Below are positions 16,298-25,273 of a DNA stretch of 32,000 nt, one piece after another. Location of the stretch: positions 55,587 through 87,586 of the forward strand of contig JAOASE010000010.1 in the NCBI GenBank assembly GCA_025210155.1, given 5' to 3'. Both the position numbers and the translations under genes were made by a program. This DNA comes from Alphaproteobacteria bacterium. GTDB lineage: Bacteria > Pseudomonadota > Alphaproteobacteria > Rs-D84 > CASDRH01. The notes under the pieces are model-generated. The model ran no database searches. It was not told where the DNA came from and saw only the letters and a list, made by a program, of their open reading frames with translations. Within the stretch, counting starts at the first letter, position 1. Each line of letters starts with the position of its first letter.

Positions 16298-16317
16298 ATG
16301 AATTGAGAATTTATTAA

Positions 16318-16341
16318 TAAAAAAGAGGCTCTCCGCCCCTT
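16318..16341 (-). terminator. Terminator of the ruvB-DMT transcription unit
   Basis: Minus strand: aggggc-ggaga-gcctct (one G:U pair) followed by ttttttatt. Confidence 0.6.
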
Positions 16342-16347
16342 TCAAAA

Positions 16348-17244
16348 CTATTCTTTATTTTCTTTATATGCTAAATACATATTTCCAACTAAAATAAATA
16401 TTCCTCCAACTACAATGTTATCAGTCAACGGAGTTTTCAAAATAGTTACATCTAAAAGCACTCCTCCAACAGGTTCTAACAAAAGTATCAAACCTCCATG
16501 TAAGGCAGAAACATTCTTATAAGCCTTATACATTAAATAATTTCCCAACCAACAGAACAAGAAAGAAAATAGTGCTAAATAAAGAAACATATCTAATCTA
16601 TCAAAAGAAAATAAGTTCAATCCAAATTCGGGATATTTAGCATTTCCCATAAAATAAAAACCCATAAAACTAAATACAAAAACCGAAAATAAAAACATCC
16701 AAAAATAAGAAACGTTAGCATCTACATCATTTTTAGATAACTTCTCCACAATAAACCCTTCTAATGCCAGAGTTAAACCTGCAAACAAAGCCAAAAGAAC
16801 TCCTAACAAAGAACCTGATAAGTCACTTAATCCAACAAGGCAAACAACTCCTATAAGAACTAAGATTAAAGAAACAATTTCAAACAATCTAGTACCTCTC
16901 TTCAGAACAAAATGAGATATAAAAGCTGTCCAAACCGGCTGAGTATAAAGAAGAAGTATAGTTAATGAAACAGAAACTCCTAAATATAAAGGCATAAATG
17001 TAGCAAAACATTGTGCTGCCGCCAAAACACAATATAAAAATATGTATTTTTTACCTAATTTAGAAACATTAAAAATTTTTTCTCTAAGGTATAATAAAAG
17101 TCCAACAGAAAGAAATATTGAAGGTATCAAAGATATTTCGACTACTGAAACCCCCATCTGCTCGAATAATTTTCCAGAAAAAACCATACCACCAAAAATA
17201 ATAGCAGCAACAAACATTTGAAAATAGCTTAATCTTTTTTCCAT
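16348..17244 (-). CDS. EamA/DMT-superfamily transporter
   Basis: 298 aa, about 10 TM helices in two similar halves, typical size and topology for EamA. Substrate unknown. Confidence 0.65.
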   Translation of the reverse strand: MEKRLSYFQMFVAAIIFGGMVFSGKLFEQMGVSVVEISLIPSIFLSVGLLLYLREKIFNVSKLGKKYIFLYCVLAAAQCFATFMPLYLGVSVSLTILLLYTQPVWTAFISHFVLKRGTRLFEIVSLILVLIGVVCLVGLSDLSGSLLGVLLALFAGLTLALEGFIVEKLSKNDVDANVSYFWMFLFSVFVFSFMGFYFMGNAKYPEFGLNLFSFDRLDMFLYLALFSFLFCWLGNYLMYKAYKNVSALHGGLILLLEPVGGVLLDVTILKTPLTDNIVVGGIFILVGNMYLAYKENKE

Positions 17245-17285
17245 AACATATTCCCCTTAATATAAAATTCCCAAATCCTATCGGT

Positions 17286-18305
17286 TTAATTCTCATTTAA
17301 ATATGCAATATTTAAATGCTCATACCCTTTTTGAGTAATAACACGTCCACGTGGAGTCCTATTCAAAAATCCTTTCTTCAAAAGAAATGGTTCTATAACA
17401 TCTTCTAAGGTATCAACAGCTTCAGACAATCCCGCAGCAACAGTCTCTATACCAACAGGACCACCACTAAAATTATCTATAATAAACTTCATATAAGCCC
17501 TATCTGAAATCTCTAAACCTTGCTTATCTATATCCAAACGATTTAACGCACTATCAGCAACCTCTGCTGTAATCAAACCGACACCATCAACAATAGAGAA
17601 ATCTCTTACCCTCTTAAGTAATCTATTAGCAATTCTAGGCGTACCACGACTTCTACGAGCTATCTCAAGCGCACCACCATCATCAAGATTAACACCCAAA
17701 ATACCAGCACCTCTCTTAACAATCTGAGCCAACTCACTATCCTCATAGAAATGTAACTTCAAAGGAATTCCAAATCTCTCACGCAAAGGCGTAGTTAATA
17801 AACCTGTTCTCGTAGTAGCACCAACCAAAGTAAAAGGAGCTAAATCTATCTTAACAGAACGAGCTGAAGGCCCTTCCCCAATAATGATATCCAACTGAAA
17901 GTCTTCCATAGCAGCATAAAGAACCTCTTCCACCGCTGGAGTCAATCTATGAATTTCATCAATAAACAAAACATCATTCTTTTCTAAATTACTCAAAATA
18001 GCAGCCAAATCCCCTGACTTAGTAATCATTGGCGCCGCAGTCCCTCTAAATCCAGTTCCCAACTCATTAGCAACAATCTTCGCTAACGTAGTCTTTCCAA
18101 GCCCTGGAGGACCATGAAAAAGTATATGATCTATAGACTTACCACGTGTCTTCGCCGATTCGATAAACACCTTCAAATTATCTTTTAATTGAACCTGCCC
18201 TGTAAAATCACCCAATTGTAAAGGTCTAGTAGACTCAATATCTCTATTCTTATCCACATCCATCAAATTAGGATTAACAACACTTTTTTCTTTTTCCTCG
18301 ATCAT
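17286..18305 (-). CDS. ruvB: Holliday junction branch migration ATPase RuvB
   Basis: [51 protein letters not shown]. Confidence 0.95.
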   Translation of the reverse strand: MIEEKEKSVVNPNLMDVDKNRDIESTRPLQLGDFTGQVQLKDNLKVFIESAKTRGKSIDHILFHGPPGLGKTTLAKIVANELGTGFRGTAAPMITKSGDLAAILSNLEKNDVLFIDEIHRLTPAVEEVLYAAMEDFQLDIIIGEGPSARSVKIDLAPFTLVGATTRTGLLTTPLRERFGIPLKLHFYEDSELAQIVKRGAGILGVNLDDGGALEIARRSRGTPRIANRLLKRVRDFSIVDGVGLITAEVADSALNRLDIDKQGLEISDRAYMKFIIDNFSGGPVGIETVAAGLSEAVDTLEDVIEPFLLKKGFLNRTPRGRVITQKGYEHLNIAYLNEN

Positions 18306-18486
18306 ATATCCAATCCTTAAATAAATTTCTCAACACTGAGAAAACCTAATAAATCTCTATATAAAATCAAAATAACACAATAAGAACAAAAACGCAACAT
18401 CTTTTTTCCATTACAAACAAAAATTCCTATCACCGAACCAGGCCCAACCAAAAAAAAACAAAATTCAAGATTTTTTTATTTTTTTC

Positions 18487-18516
18487 TTGACAAATATTTT
18501 ATTTTAATGATATATT
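18487..18516 (+). promoter_or_regulatory. Sigma70-like promoter of the OMP gene
   Basis: TTGACA 18487-18492, 18-nt spacer, TATATT 18511-18516. Implies a leader of roughly 115 nt. Confidence 0.5.
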
Positions 18517-18639
18517 GTCAACATAAGTTATTTGTACACTTTATGATCTCGAATAGAGAGCAATATATAAAGAGGAGTTTTCTAACCTCCTCCCCAAATA
18601 AAAATAGATTAAAATGTAAAACCTAAAAAAATATAAGAA

Positions 18640-19185
18640 ATGAAAAATTTATTAGCAATGTTATTCGCGATTGTAGCAATCACAATGACAACAACTAAAG
18701 TAAATGCACAAGACGTAGCCGACGCAGACGAATGGAAAGTTTATTTTGGAGCAGGCATAACTGCCGCAACAAATAACACTGACCGAGAAGATTACTATAA
18801 AAGTACTCTTCTAAATGCAGAATTCACCTATGAAAAAATTCAAGGTGCATCATTCGGTATCAGAGGCATATTCGCCCCTCCAGGAGAAAAAGAACTGGAA
18901 ATTGAAGGAATAAATGCCGCTGGCGTTTTAAAACTTGGATACAACTCCCTACTTTCAGACGGAGATGATCTCAAAATAAACCTTGGGATTGCCGGATACG
19001 GAGGTTACGGAGAAGTAATATCCAGGTCAATAGTTTCTCACGACGTACTATACGGAGGAGAAGTCAGTCTAAACCTTTACTTCAAAGGAATAAAGCTGAC
19101 AGGCGGATACGAACTCCTAAGCGGAGAAAACGTAACATATTGGGGACCAAAAGTAGGTATCTCAATCCGATTTGGTGGAAACTAG
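18640..19185 (+). CDS. Small outer-membrane beta-barrel protein (8-stranded OMP-like)
   Basis: Signal peptide MKNLLAMLFAIVAITMTTTKVNAQD. Alternating hydrophobic beta-strand pattern, Gly/Tyr-rich, and a C-terminal ...GISIRFGGN. Confidence 0.55.
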   Translation: MKNLLAMLFAIVAITMTTTKVNAQDVADADEWKVYFGAGITAATNNTDREDYYKSTLLNAEFTYEKIQGASFGIRGIFAPPGEKELEIEGINAAGVLKLGYNSLLSDGDDLKINLGIAGYGGYGEVISRSIVSHDVLYGGEVSLNLYFKGIKLTGGYELLSGENVTYWGPKVGISIRFGGN

Positions 19186-19220
19186 TTACTATTAATCCTT
19201 AATTTTTCAGACCGCAGAGA

Positions 19221-19260
19221 ACCCTCATCAATCCGAAAGGAATGGTGGGGGTTTTCATTT
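19221..19260 (+). terminator. Candidate terminator of the OMP gene
   Basis: accctca(19221-19227)/tgggggt(19246-19252) with one G:U pair, an inner tcc-gaaa-gga element, then ttttcatttt. Confidence 0.5.
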
Positions 19261-19286
19261 TCATATTTTGATTTAAATCAAAATAA

Positions 19287-19445
19287 TTAAACAAGTATTT
19301 TAATCGAGTGGATAAAAAAATGATTTAAATTTTTTATAGTTTGCTTTAGATGGAAGTAAAAGTGCTTAGAAATTTGGGTGTCGTGTATATATAATACTCG
19401 ACTGCCCAAAGTTTTAAGTGCTTCTTACAATCAGATGAAGTAAAA
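19287..19445 (+). repeat. Long-hairpin dispersed repeat, copy D (duplicated left arm)
   Basis: Central stem gggtgtcgtgtat(19376-19388)/atactcgactgccc(19394-19407), loop atata. Left end ttaaacaagtatttt as in A and B. Right arm cttcttacaatcagatgaagtaaaa ends 9 nt before the addA stop. Confidence 0.9.
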
Positions 19446-19454
19446 TATACAAAT

Positions 19455-22400
19455 TTATACGAAATAGAACGACAAATCCGACAAATACAACAAAGCAGAA
19501 TAAACCTTACAATCAGGATAAACCTCAGCAACTAACTTCTTATAAGTCCTTAACTGAACCTTATACTTAGACGAAATATCTTCAAAAGACTTAGGCGGAA
19601 CTTCATCAGTCTTAAAATCAACTATGAATACAGAATTCCCGCGCTTAACTAGCTTATCTAAACGAACTAAACCACCTTCGTAAGCCAACGTAAGCTCAGA
19701 CGTAGCAAAATCATTATCAAACAATATTCTAAACCTATCATCTTCATAAAGATTCATAACATTATTCAAAAACTTCTCTCTAACATCATCAGAAAACAAA
19801 TCAGAGTAAGACTTCAAGAACTCATCAAAAGTCTTCTTAACCTTCTCAGCATCCAACGGCTTCATTCTCTCAACATATTCCATCATCTTATGAACTACAA
19901 TACCACGTTTCAATGGTAGCTCAGAACTATTCACAAAATCCTCATCCAATATAGATACCGCCTGCTTCTCAGAAACTTCCTCAGCAAAAATATCTTCTTG
20001 CTCTAATTCAATAGCTCCTTCAACAACTCTCAAATCAACAGCTTCTCTAACTATATCCACATCTTCAACAATAGCATCTTCTACGGTTTCTACTTCTACC
20101 TTACCACCGCAAACCTTTTCAGAAAATTCTTCAGCACCTAAAGCAACAATCCTCTTAATCTTACCACCATCATCTAATTCTTCAACAGAAACACTAGCAT
20201 AAGAATCCATAGCAATATTCATCTTATCATACCAATCATTCTTCTCAAAACCAAATACAAGAAGCTTTTCCCTAGCTCTAGTCATTGCAACATATAACAA
20301 TCTATTAAGCTCTTCGCCCTCTTTCTCTTTCTTCAATTCCTTAAGCTCAGAATAAAGCATCGAACCATTAGCTCCAACAAAAGAAAATGGATGTTTTAAA
20401 ACAGGTATCTTATAAGACGAATGAGAAAACTCCTCTTCATTAGTATCTGCAAAGTAAATATCTACTTTACCACCGCCACCACCAGAACTATCAGCAAACA
20501 CAGCTGGTATAATAACTACTGGAGCCTCTAAACCTTTAGATCCATGACAAGTCATAATCTTAACACCAGAAACAGAAGAAGATGAAAGATCTCTCTTAAC
20601 ATTATTATTAGACTTCTTAACCCAATCCAAGAAACCAACAATACCCAAATAATGATACGTAGAATTTTCAAACTCCAAACAAAGCTTAATAAACTCATCA
20701 GCGAAATCTTCAAACTCTCCACCAAGTCTCTTATAGAACTCTATATCTACCATCAACTCACCAAGAATAAATGAAAAGAAATCATAAGGAGACACTCCAT
20801 CTTCAAACATTTCAAAACACTTATCCAAAATCAAATAAGCTCTATCAAACTTCTGACTATTACAATCCCTATCATCATATTCTTCATTATAAGTTTTCAT
20901 TTCAGGAGTAAAAAGTCCATCCATATCACCAACATTCTTCCCTGAAAAATATCTTTCCTTCAAACACTCGTAAATAGATTTATTCTCTCTACCATAAGCC
21001 AACTTAAACACATCATCTTCATCAAAACCGAATATAGGCGACTTCAATACCGACGCAAGTAACAAATCATCTTCCTTAACCATAAGAAATTCTAATAACC
21101 CAAGCATATCATCAAATGCTATATAGTTATTAAGACTTAACTGATCAGCTCCAGCCACTTCTATATTTCTTTTAAACAATTCTCTAATAAGCAAGTTACT
21201 AAAATCATTTCTCTTTCTAACAAGCACCATAAAGTCTGAAGCAGAAACATACTTCTTCTTAGTCCCCAACCAAACCTTATCTTTAATCATCTTATCTATC
21301 TGATCTGCAACCTGTATAGCGACTTTCTTCAACGGAGAATCTTTCTCAGTAACTTCATATGGCATTTCCCATTCAGCCTCTAAAGCCTTCTTTCTATCTA
21401 CCTTCTCAGCATCCTTAGACAATGGAGGGAATATAACAACTTCCCCAGCCTTATCTGAATTCACAGAAATATGAGCCACTCCCTTTTCATTAATACTTCC
21501 ATCTTTCTCAAGTAAATCTTCAGCCTCTACAACTCCAACCTTACCCTCTGAATTCTCTAACACAGCATTAACAATCTCAAGCACGGGAGGAGATGTTCTA
21601 AACGAAACATTCTTAGATATTTCCTGCCACTTCCCAGCATCATATCTATTAACAACCCTATCTCTCAATTTCTTTCTAAACATATTAAAGTGATGTATAT
21701 CCGCACCTTGGAAAGAATAAATAGATTGCTTCTTATCTCCCACTACAAACACAGACTTAGCATCAAACTCTCCCTTACCTTCTCCAAAAAACTCTTCAGT
21801 AAGAGAATTAATAATATCCCATAGGAATGGCGAAGTATCTTGAGACTCATCGACAAGCAAATGATCTATACCACCGTCCAACTTATAAAGCACCCAACCT
21901 GCAAAACTCGGATTAGAAAACAACTTGTTCACAAGGTCAAGCATATCATCAAAATCCATAGCCCCCTTAAGCGTCTTCTCCATTTGGAACACTCTAATAA
22001 ACTCATATGCAAAACAACATACAGCATAAGTATATTCTAAATCATCAAAAGCAGAAAGATCATACATAAGCTTATGAACTCTCTCCCCCTCTTTCATTAA
22101 AAAGTCTATGAAATGAGGAAACTCAGTATCCATCTTCTTATTAATCAAATAAGCCTTACTCTTAACCTTACTAAAATCAGAAGTTAAAAACGCACTAGCA
22201 TATTCTTCTAAATAAGCCTTTTGACTTCTTCTTCCCTCAACATCATTCTCAAAAGAATACATCTTCTTCATCTTCTGAACATTACCAAACGCCCTAGCCC
22301 CAGCATCCTTCTGACCATACTCATCAACCGTAGCAACAAATTCTTTCAAAACATTAATGAAAGGTCTCTCATCTAAAAACTTCTTCCAAACTTCATCCTT

Positions 22401-23240
22401 AGAACTAGCATCAACTCTACTCAAGAAAACTCTTTCCAATTGATACCTAACAGACTCTAAAACATCTTCAGGATTTTCACTCTCACAAAAATCAAAAAAC
22501 TTCTTAAACTCTCTTCTACCACCGATAATAGCATTTCTCAACCCTTCAAAAGAAGCATAGGAAACATTATCAACTATAATCTTAAATACATCTTGAAGCT
22601 CTGCCAATATACCATCAGAAAAATACTCATCTTCTTCCGAAGACACTCCATAGTTCCCTCCATTCATAGCAATAAACACTTTCTTATATGCTACTTCAAG
22701 AAGCTCTTCAACATCTCTCTCATCTATAACCTTAAAATTAGAAGATATACCCGCTTCAACTGGGAACTTTTTCAAAACCGACTGACAGAATGAATGAATA
22801 GTCTGTATCTTCATCCCAGCAGACATCTGCAAAACTTTATAAAACAATGTACGAGCAACTTCAAACTTACTTCTAATAAACTCATCCGAATACTTCTTAG
22901 TATCAGAATAAATCATCTCCCTAAGTTCTTCAAACAACTCATCATCAGAAATTCTAGACCATTCCTCTAACTTACCGTTAACACGCTCCTTCATCTCCGA
23001 AGCACCCGCATTAGTATAAGTAATACACAAAATCTTTTCAGGCTCTACATCAGACAAAAGCAAATTAAGCACACGAGCAGTCAATAAATAAGTCTTTCCA
23101 GATCCTGCCGAAGCCGAAACCCAAACAGAATGGAATTTATCCAACACTTGCCAAGGCGTAGTCTTACCGACTATTCCCTTCTTAACCCAATCTTGGTTTT
23201 CATACTTATCTTGTACTATATATCTTTCATCCATAACCAT
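19455..23240 (-). CDS. addA: Double-strand break repair helicase-nuclease AddA (UvrD/RecB-like)
   Basis: N-terminal Walker A ASAGSGKTY, helicase motifs LVDESQDTS and VGDKKQSIYSFQGA, C-terminal RecB-type nuclease block IVDFKTDE...QLRTY. Start uncertain (ATG 23240 or 23234, or TTG 23258). Confidence 0.8.
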   Translation of the reverse strand: MVMDERYIVQDKYENQDWVKKGIVGKTTPWQVLDKFHSVWVSASAGSGKTYLLTARVLNLLLSDVEPEKILCITYTNAGASEMKERVNGKLEEWSRISDDELFEELREMIYSDTKKYSDEFIRSKFEVARTLFYKVLQMSAGMKIQTIHSFCQSVLKKFPVEAGISSNFKVIDERDVEELLEVAYKKVFIAMNGGNYGVSSEEDEYFSDGILAELQDVFKIIVDNVSYASFEGLRNAIIGGRREFKKFFDFCESENPEDVLESVRYQLERVFLSRVDASSKDEVWKKFLDERPFINVLKEFVATVDEYGQKDAGARAFGNVQKMKKMYSFENDVEGRRSQKAYLEEYASAFLTSDFSKVKSKAYLINKKMDTEFPHFIDFLMKEGERVHKLMYDLSAFDDLEYTYAVCCFAYEFIRVFQMEKTLKGAMDFDDMLDLVNKLFSNPSFAGWVLYKLDGGIDHLLVDESQDTSPFLWDIINSLTEEFFGEGKGEFDAKSVFVVGDKKQSIYSFQGADIHHFNMFRKKLRDRVVNRYDAGKWQEISKNVSFRTSPPVLEIVNAVLENSEGKVGVVEAEDLLEKDGSINEKGVAHISVNSDKAGEVVIFPPLSKDAEKVDRKKALEAEWEMPYEVTEKDSPLKKVAIQVADQIDKMIKDKVWLGTKKKYVSASDFMVLVRKRNDFSNLLIRELFKRNIEVAGADQLSLNNYIAFDDMLGLLEFLMVKEDDLLLASVLKSPIFGFDEDDVFKLAYGRENKSIYECLKERYFSGKNVGDMDGLFTPEMKTYNEEYDDRDCNSQKFDRAYLILDKCFEMFEDGVSPYDFFSFILGELMVDIEFYKRLGGEFEDFADEFIKLCLEFENSTYHYLGIVGFLDWVKKSNNNVKRDLSSSSVSGVKIMTCHGSKGLEAPVVIIPAVFADSSGGGGGKVDIYFADTNEEEFSHSSYKIPVLKHPFSFVGANGSMLYSELKELKKEKEGEELNRLLYVAMTRAREKLLVFGFEKNDWYDKMNIAMDSYASVSVEELDDGGKIKRIVALGAEEFSEKVCGGKVEVETVEDAIVEDVDIVREAVDLRVVEGAIELEQEDIFAEEVSEKQAVSILDEDFVNSSELPLKRGIVVHKMMEYVERMKPLDAEKVKKTFDEFLKSYSDLFSDDVREKFLNNVMNLYEDDRFRILFDNDFATSELTLAYEGGLVRLDKLVKRGNSVFIVDFKTDEVPPKSFEDISSKYKVQLRTYKKLVAEVYPDCKVYSALLYLSDLSFYFV

Positions 23241-23300
23241 AGAACAAATAATACACAAAGCTCCCTACAATTTCAACGACAAAACTAAAGAAATACTTCA

Positions 23301-23329
23301 TTGACAAACAAAATTAAGAATTATATCAT
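23301..23329 (+). promoter_or_regulatory. Sigma70-like promoter for the 23357 gene
   Basis: TTGACA 23301-23306, 17-nt spacer, TATCAT 23324-23329. Confidence 0.55.
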
Positions 23330-23356
23330 GCAGCCAAAACCTAAAATGTAAATAAA

Positions 23357-23848
23357 ATGACAAAAAAGAGACAAAGGCGACAGCTTTTAGCTAAACTTGA
23401 TATAGGAAATATTTATAAATCTAATACTCAACTTTTCTGGAAAAAAGGGCTATTAGAGGAAACTGAATTTTCAATTCTTAAAATATATGAACTCAAAAAA
23501 ATTCATAAAATATACCTATTAAGAGAAGTAAGTACACAAAACTTATTTATATTCTCAAAAAATATAAAAAACAGTCATAACTTTATAAATTTAAACATTA
23601 GTGACGAAAAAATGATTATAGGATTTAACCTAGGTCACTTTAATAAAAACCATAAAAATAAAATTTTTTATATAGATCTAATCTTTGACGAAAGACAAAG
23701 CATTAACCCTATAGGAAATTTAAGTTATCTAAAATTTATATTCCGAGAAAACAGTCTACAATTTACCTTACAAGAAAAAGGTGAAATTAAAAGATGTTCC
23801 AAGGAAAAACTTGATATATATCAAGCCAAAGAAATTAGTATATCCTAA
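23357..23848 (+). CDS. Hypothetical protein, 163 aa, basic N-terminus (MTKKRQRRQ)
   Basis: ORF with its own promoter and terminator. No recognised domain. Confidence 0.5.
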   Translation: MTKKRQRRQLLAKLDIGNIYKSNTQLFWKKGLLEETEFSILKIYELKKIHKIYLLREVSTQNLFIFSKNIKNSHNFINLNISDEKMIIGFNLGHFNKNHKNKIFYIDLIFDERQSINPIGNLSYLKFIFRENSLQFTLQEKGEIKRCSKEKLDIYQAKEISIS

Positions 23849-23851
23849 ATA

Positions 23852-23881
23852 AAGTCTGTGGAGAAATCCGCAGGCTTTTTG
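23852..23881 (+). terminator. Rho-independent terminator
   Basis: agtctgtgg(23853-23861)/ccgcaggct(23868-23876) with two G:U pairs valid on the plus strand, then tttt. Confidence 0.65.
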
Positions 23882-23884
23882 CAT

Positions 23885-23913
23885 AAAAAAAGGTCGACTA
23901 TAAAAGTCGACCC
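23885..23913 (-). terminator. Rho-independent terminator of the 23947 gene
   Basis: Minus strand: ggtcgac-ttttata-gtcgacc followed by ttttttt. Confidence 0.8.
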
Positions 23914-23946
23914 GTACAAACAAAATTTTCATTATATATATTGCAT

Positions 23947-24345
23947 TTAAGCAACCGAAGCATTAGCACCGATCATACAATAAAATACTTCAGCAAGCGT
24001 CTTAAAATCCTCAGACAAAGCACTTTCCAATTCAAGTTCTTTTAAAAGTTTACCCTTATCGAGAGACGGAGCTATCTCAGAAAGTTGCTTCTCAAACAAT
24101 ATTGTCTGATAACTTTCCGGCAATTCCATAAAAACATCAATGGAAGAGCCTCCATTATGTTTAAGCTTTTCTAAAGAATTATCGATTTTTAAAATGTCCT
24201 TAACAGAACATTCTTTCTCTTCAATAGCAATCGCATTATCTAAATAATGGGCTGCCTTATCAACACTTGTAACTTTAATTATTCCGAAGAAAGTCGTTAC
24301 TAATTCATTAACTTTTTCTGCTTGCTCTTTTTGAAATTTCTTCAT
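23947..24345 (-). CDS. Hypothetical helical protein, 132 aa
   Basis: ORF with its own promoter and terminator. Weak similarity to the neighbouring 24517 gene product (FEKQLSEI versus FETKLSEM). Confidence 0.5.
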   Translation of the reverse strand: MKKFQKEQAEKVNELVTTFFGIIKVTSVDKAAHYLDNAIAIEEKECSVKDILKIDNSLEKLKHNGGSSIDVFMELPESYQTILFEKQLSEIAPSLDKGKLLKELELESALSEDFKTLAEVFYCMIGANASVA

Positions 24346-24410
24346 TTTAAAAATTTTAATCAGGTTTAAATCAATTACTTATAGTTTAAATTTGCTTATT
24401 TAGCCCTAGC

Positions 24411-24438
24411 AATATAACAAGTAATTTTTATTTTTCAA
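24411..24438 (-). promoter_or_regulatory. Sigma70-like promoter for the 23947 gene
   Basis: Minus strand: TTGAAA (24438-24433), 16-nt spacer, TATATT (24416-24411). Confidence 0.5.
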
Positions 24439-24460
24439 GAGGTAAAATGCATTTTTTCTA

Positions 24461-24497
24461 AAAAAAATAAAAAAGGAGGCAAATTTCTCTGCCTCCC
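24461..24497 (-). terminator. Rho-independent terminator of the 24517 gene
   Basis: Minus strand: ggaggca-gagaaatt-tgcctcc followed by a long T-run. Confidence 0.85.
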
Positions 24498-24516
24498 TCA
24501 ATAGTATGGATCTAAT

Positions 24517-24948
24517 CTAAACAGCCTTTGCTGCTTTTTTCCTTTTAGCTTTCTTCGGTTTCTTTTGTGCATTAATAAATCTCACATAATCACCCAAAGT
24601 ATTTAACTCAGCTTCCGGAGCATCTTGAGGAACCCCGAGTTCTTCCCTGAACTTTTCAATCAGCAAAGAAGAGTTTTTCATCTCCGATAACTTAGTCTCA
24701 AAGAAAGAATAAAAATACATCCCTGATAACTGCTTAAAAAATGCAAACATAGCATCTCCCCGATCTTTCACGTTTTGATAAATACTAGCAACATGATCAT
24801 GAAGGTTTTCATTATCCTTCTTATTTTCCCTTTTTAGATTAACCTTAATTAATAAAGGTAAATTTTCAACAGCAACAACTTGTTCGTTATTATTTAAAAA
24901 TGCCTTTAAGACATTCTGAACTGTTTCACTCTTTAAAATATCATACAT
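24517..24948 (-). CDS. Hypothetical helical protein, 143 aa, with a Lys-rich C-terminal tail (KKPKKAKRKKAAKAV)
   Basis: Start moved to ATG 24948 (MYDILKSE) because the longer ORF overlaps its own predicted promoter. Confidence 0.5.
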   Translation of the reverse strand: MYDILKSETVQNVLKAFLNNNEQVVAVENLPLLIKVNLKRENKKDNENLHDHVASIYQNVKDRGDAMFAFFKQLSGMYFYSFFETKLSEMKNSSLLIEKFREELGVPQDAPEAELNTLGDYVRFINAQKKPKKAKRKKAAKAV

Positions 24949-24987
24949 ATGTATTCTGTTATTAGGTTTAAAAACATTATCAATACA

Positions 24988-25015
24988 AAGATAACCAAAC
25001 AAATAATTTTATCAA
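24988..25015 (-). promoter_or_regulatory. Candidate promoter for the 24517 gene
   Basis: Minus strand: TTGATA (25015-25010), 16-nt spacer, TATCTT (24993-24988). Confidence 0.4.
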
Positions 25016-25055
25016 GAAAAAAAGAAATCTAATTAATATCCAATAGAAAAACATC

Positions 25056-25083
25056 TTGATTTCCAAAACAATTTGTTTATATT
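25056..25083 (+). promoter_or_regulatory. Sigma70-like promoter of parE
   Basis: TTGATT 25056-25061, 16-nt spacer, TATATT 25078-25083. Implies a leader of roughly 185 nt containing repeat copy F. Confidence 0.45.
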
Positions 25084-25140
25084 AAAAGTTAGAAAAAGGA
25101 AAAATCATACATAAAACATCTTAAAAACATCAACTATTTA

Positions 25141-25253
25141 TAGTGAGTAAAAGTGTTTTGTTATAAATTGTTTAGATGCGAAGGAAAAAGGTTCCGACGC
25201 GTATAAACAAATACGTGAGGGTTCTTTTTTCAAAGCAGATGAATGATTTAGGA
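25141..25253 (+). repeat. Long-hairpin dispersed repeat, divergent copy F, in the parE leader
   Basis: Family blocks gtgagtaaaagtgtttt, tttagatgcgaagg and caaagcagatgaatgattt. Central stem cgcgtat(25198-25204)/atacgtg(25211-25217), plus an outer stem gaaaaaggttcc/gggttctttttt. Confidence 0.45.
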
Positions 25254-25273
25254 CGAAACGGAGAATTATAAAC

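Noticed and set aside
19346-19531. ORFs running through repeat copies: 19346-19531, 29593-29808, 29630-29830 and 4365-4568. The first two give similar peptides (YFTSSDCKK...EY.IYT...FTSI).
   Set aside because: The peptide similarity simply reflects nucleotide conservation of the repeat. These ORFs overlap the addA, lptB and ompR 3' ends, have no start context, and lie inside a hairpin element. No copy in this window is inserted in-frame in a real gene.
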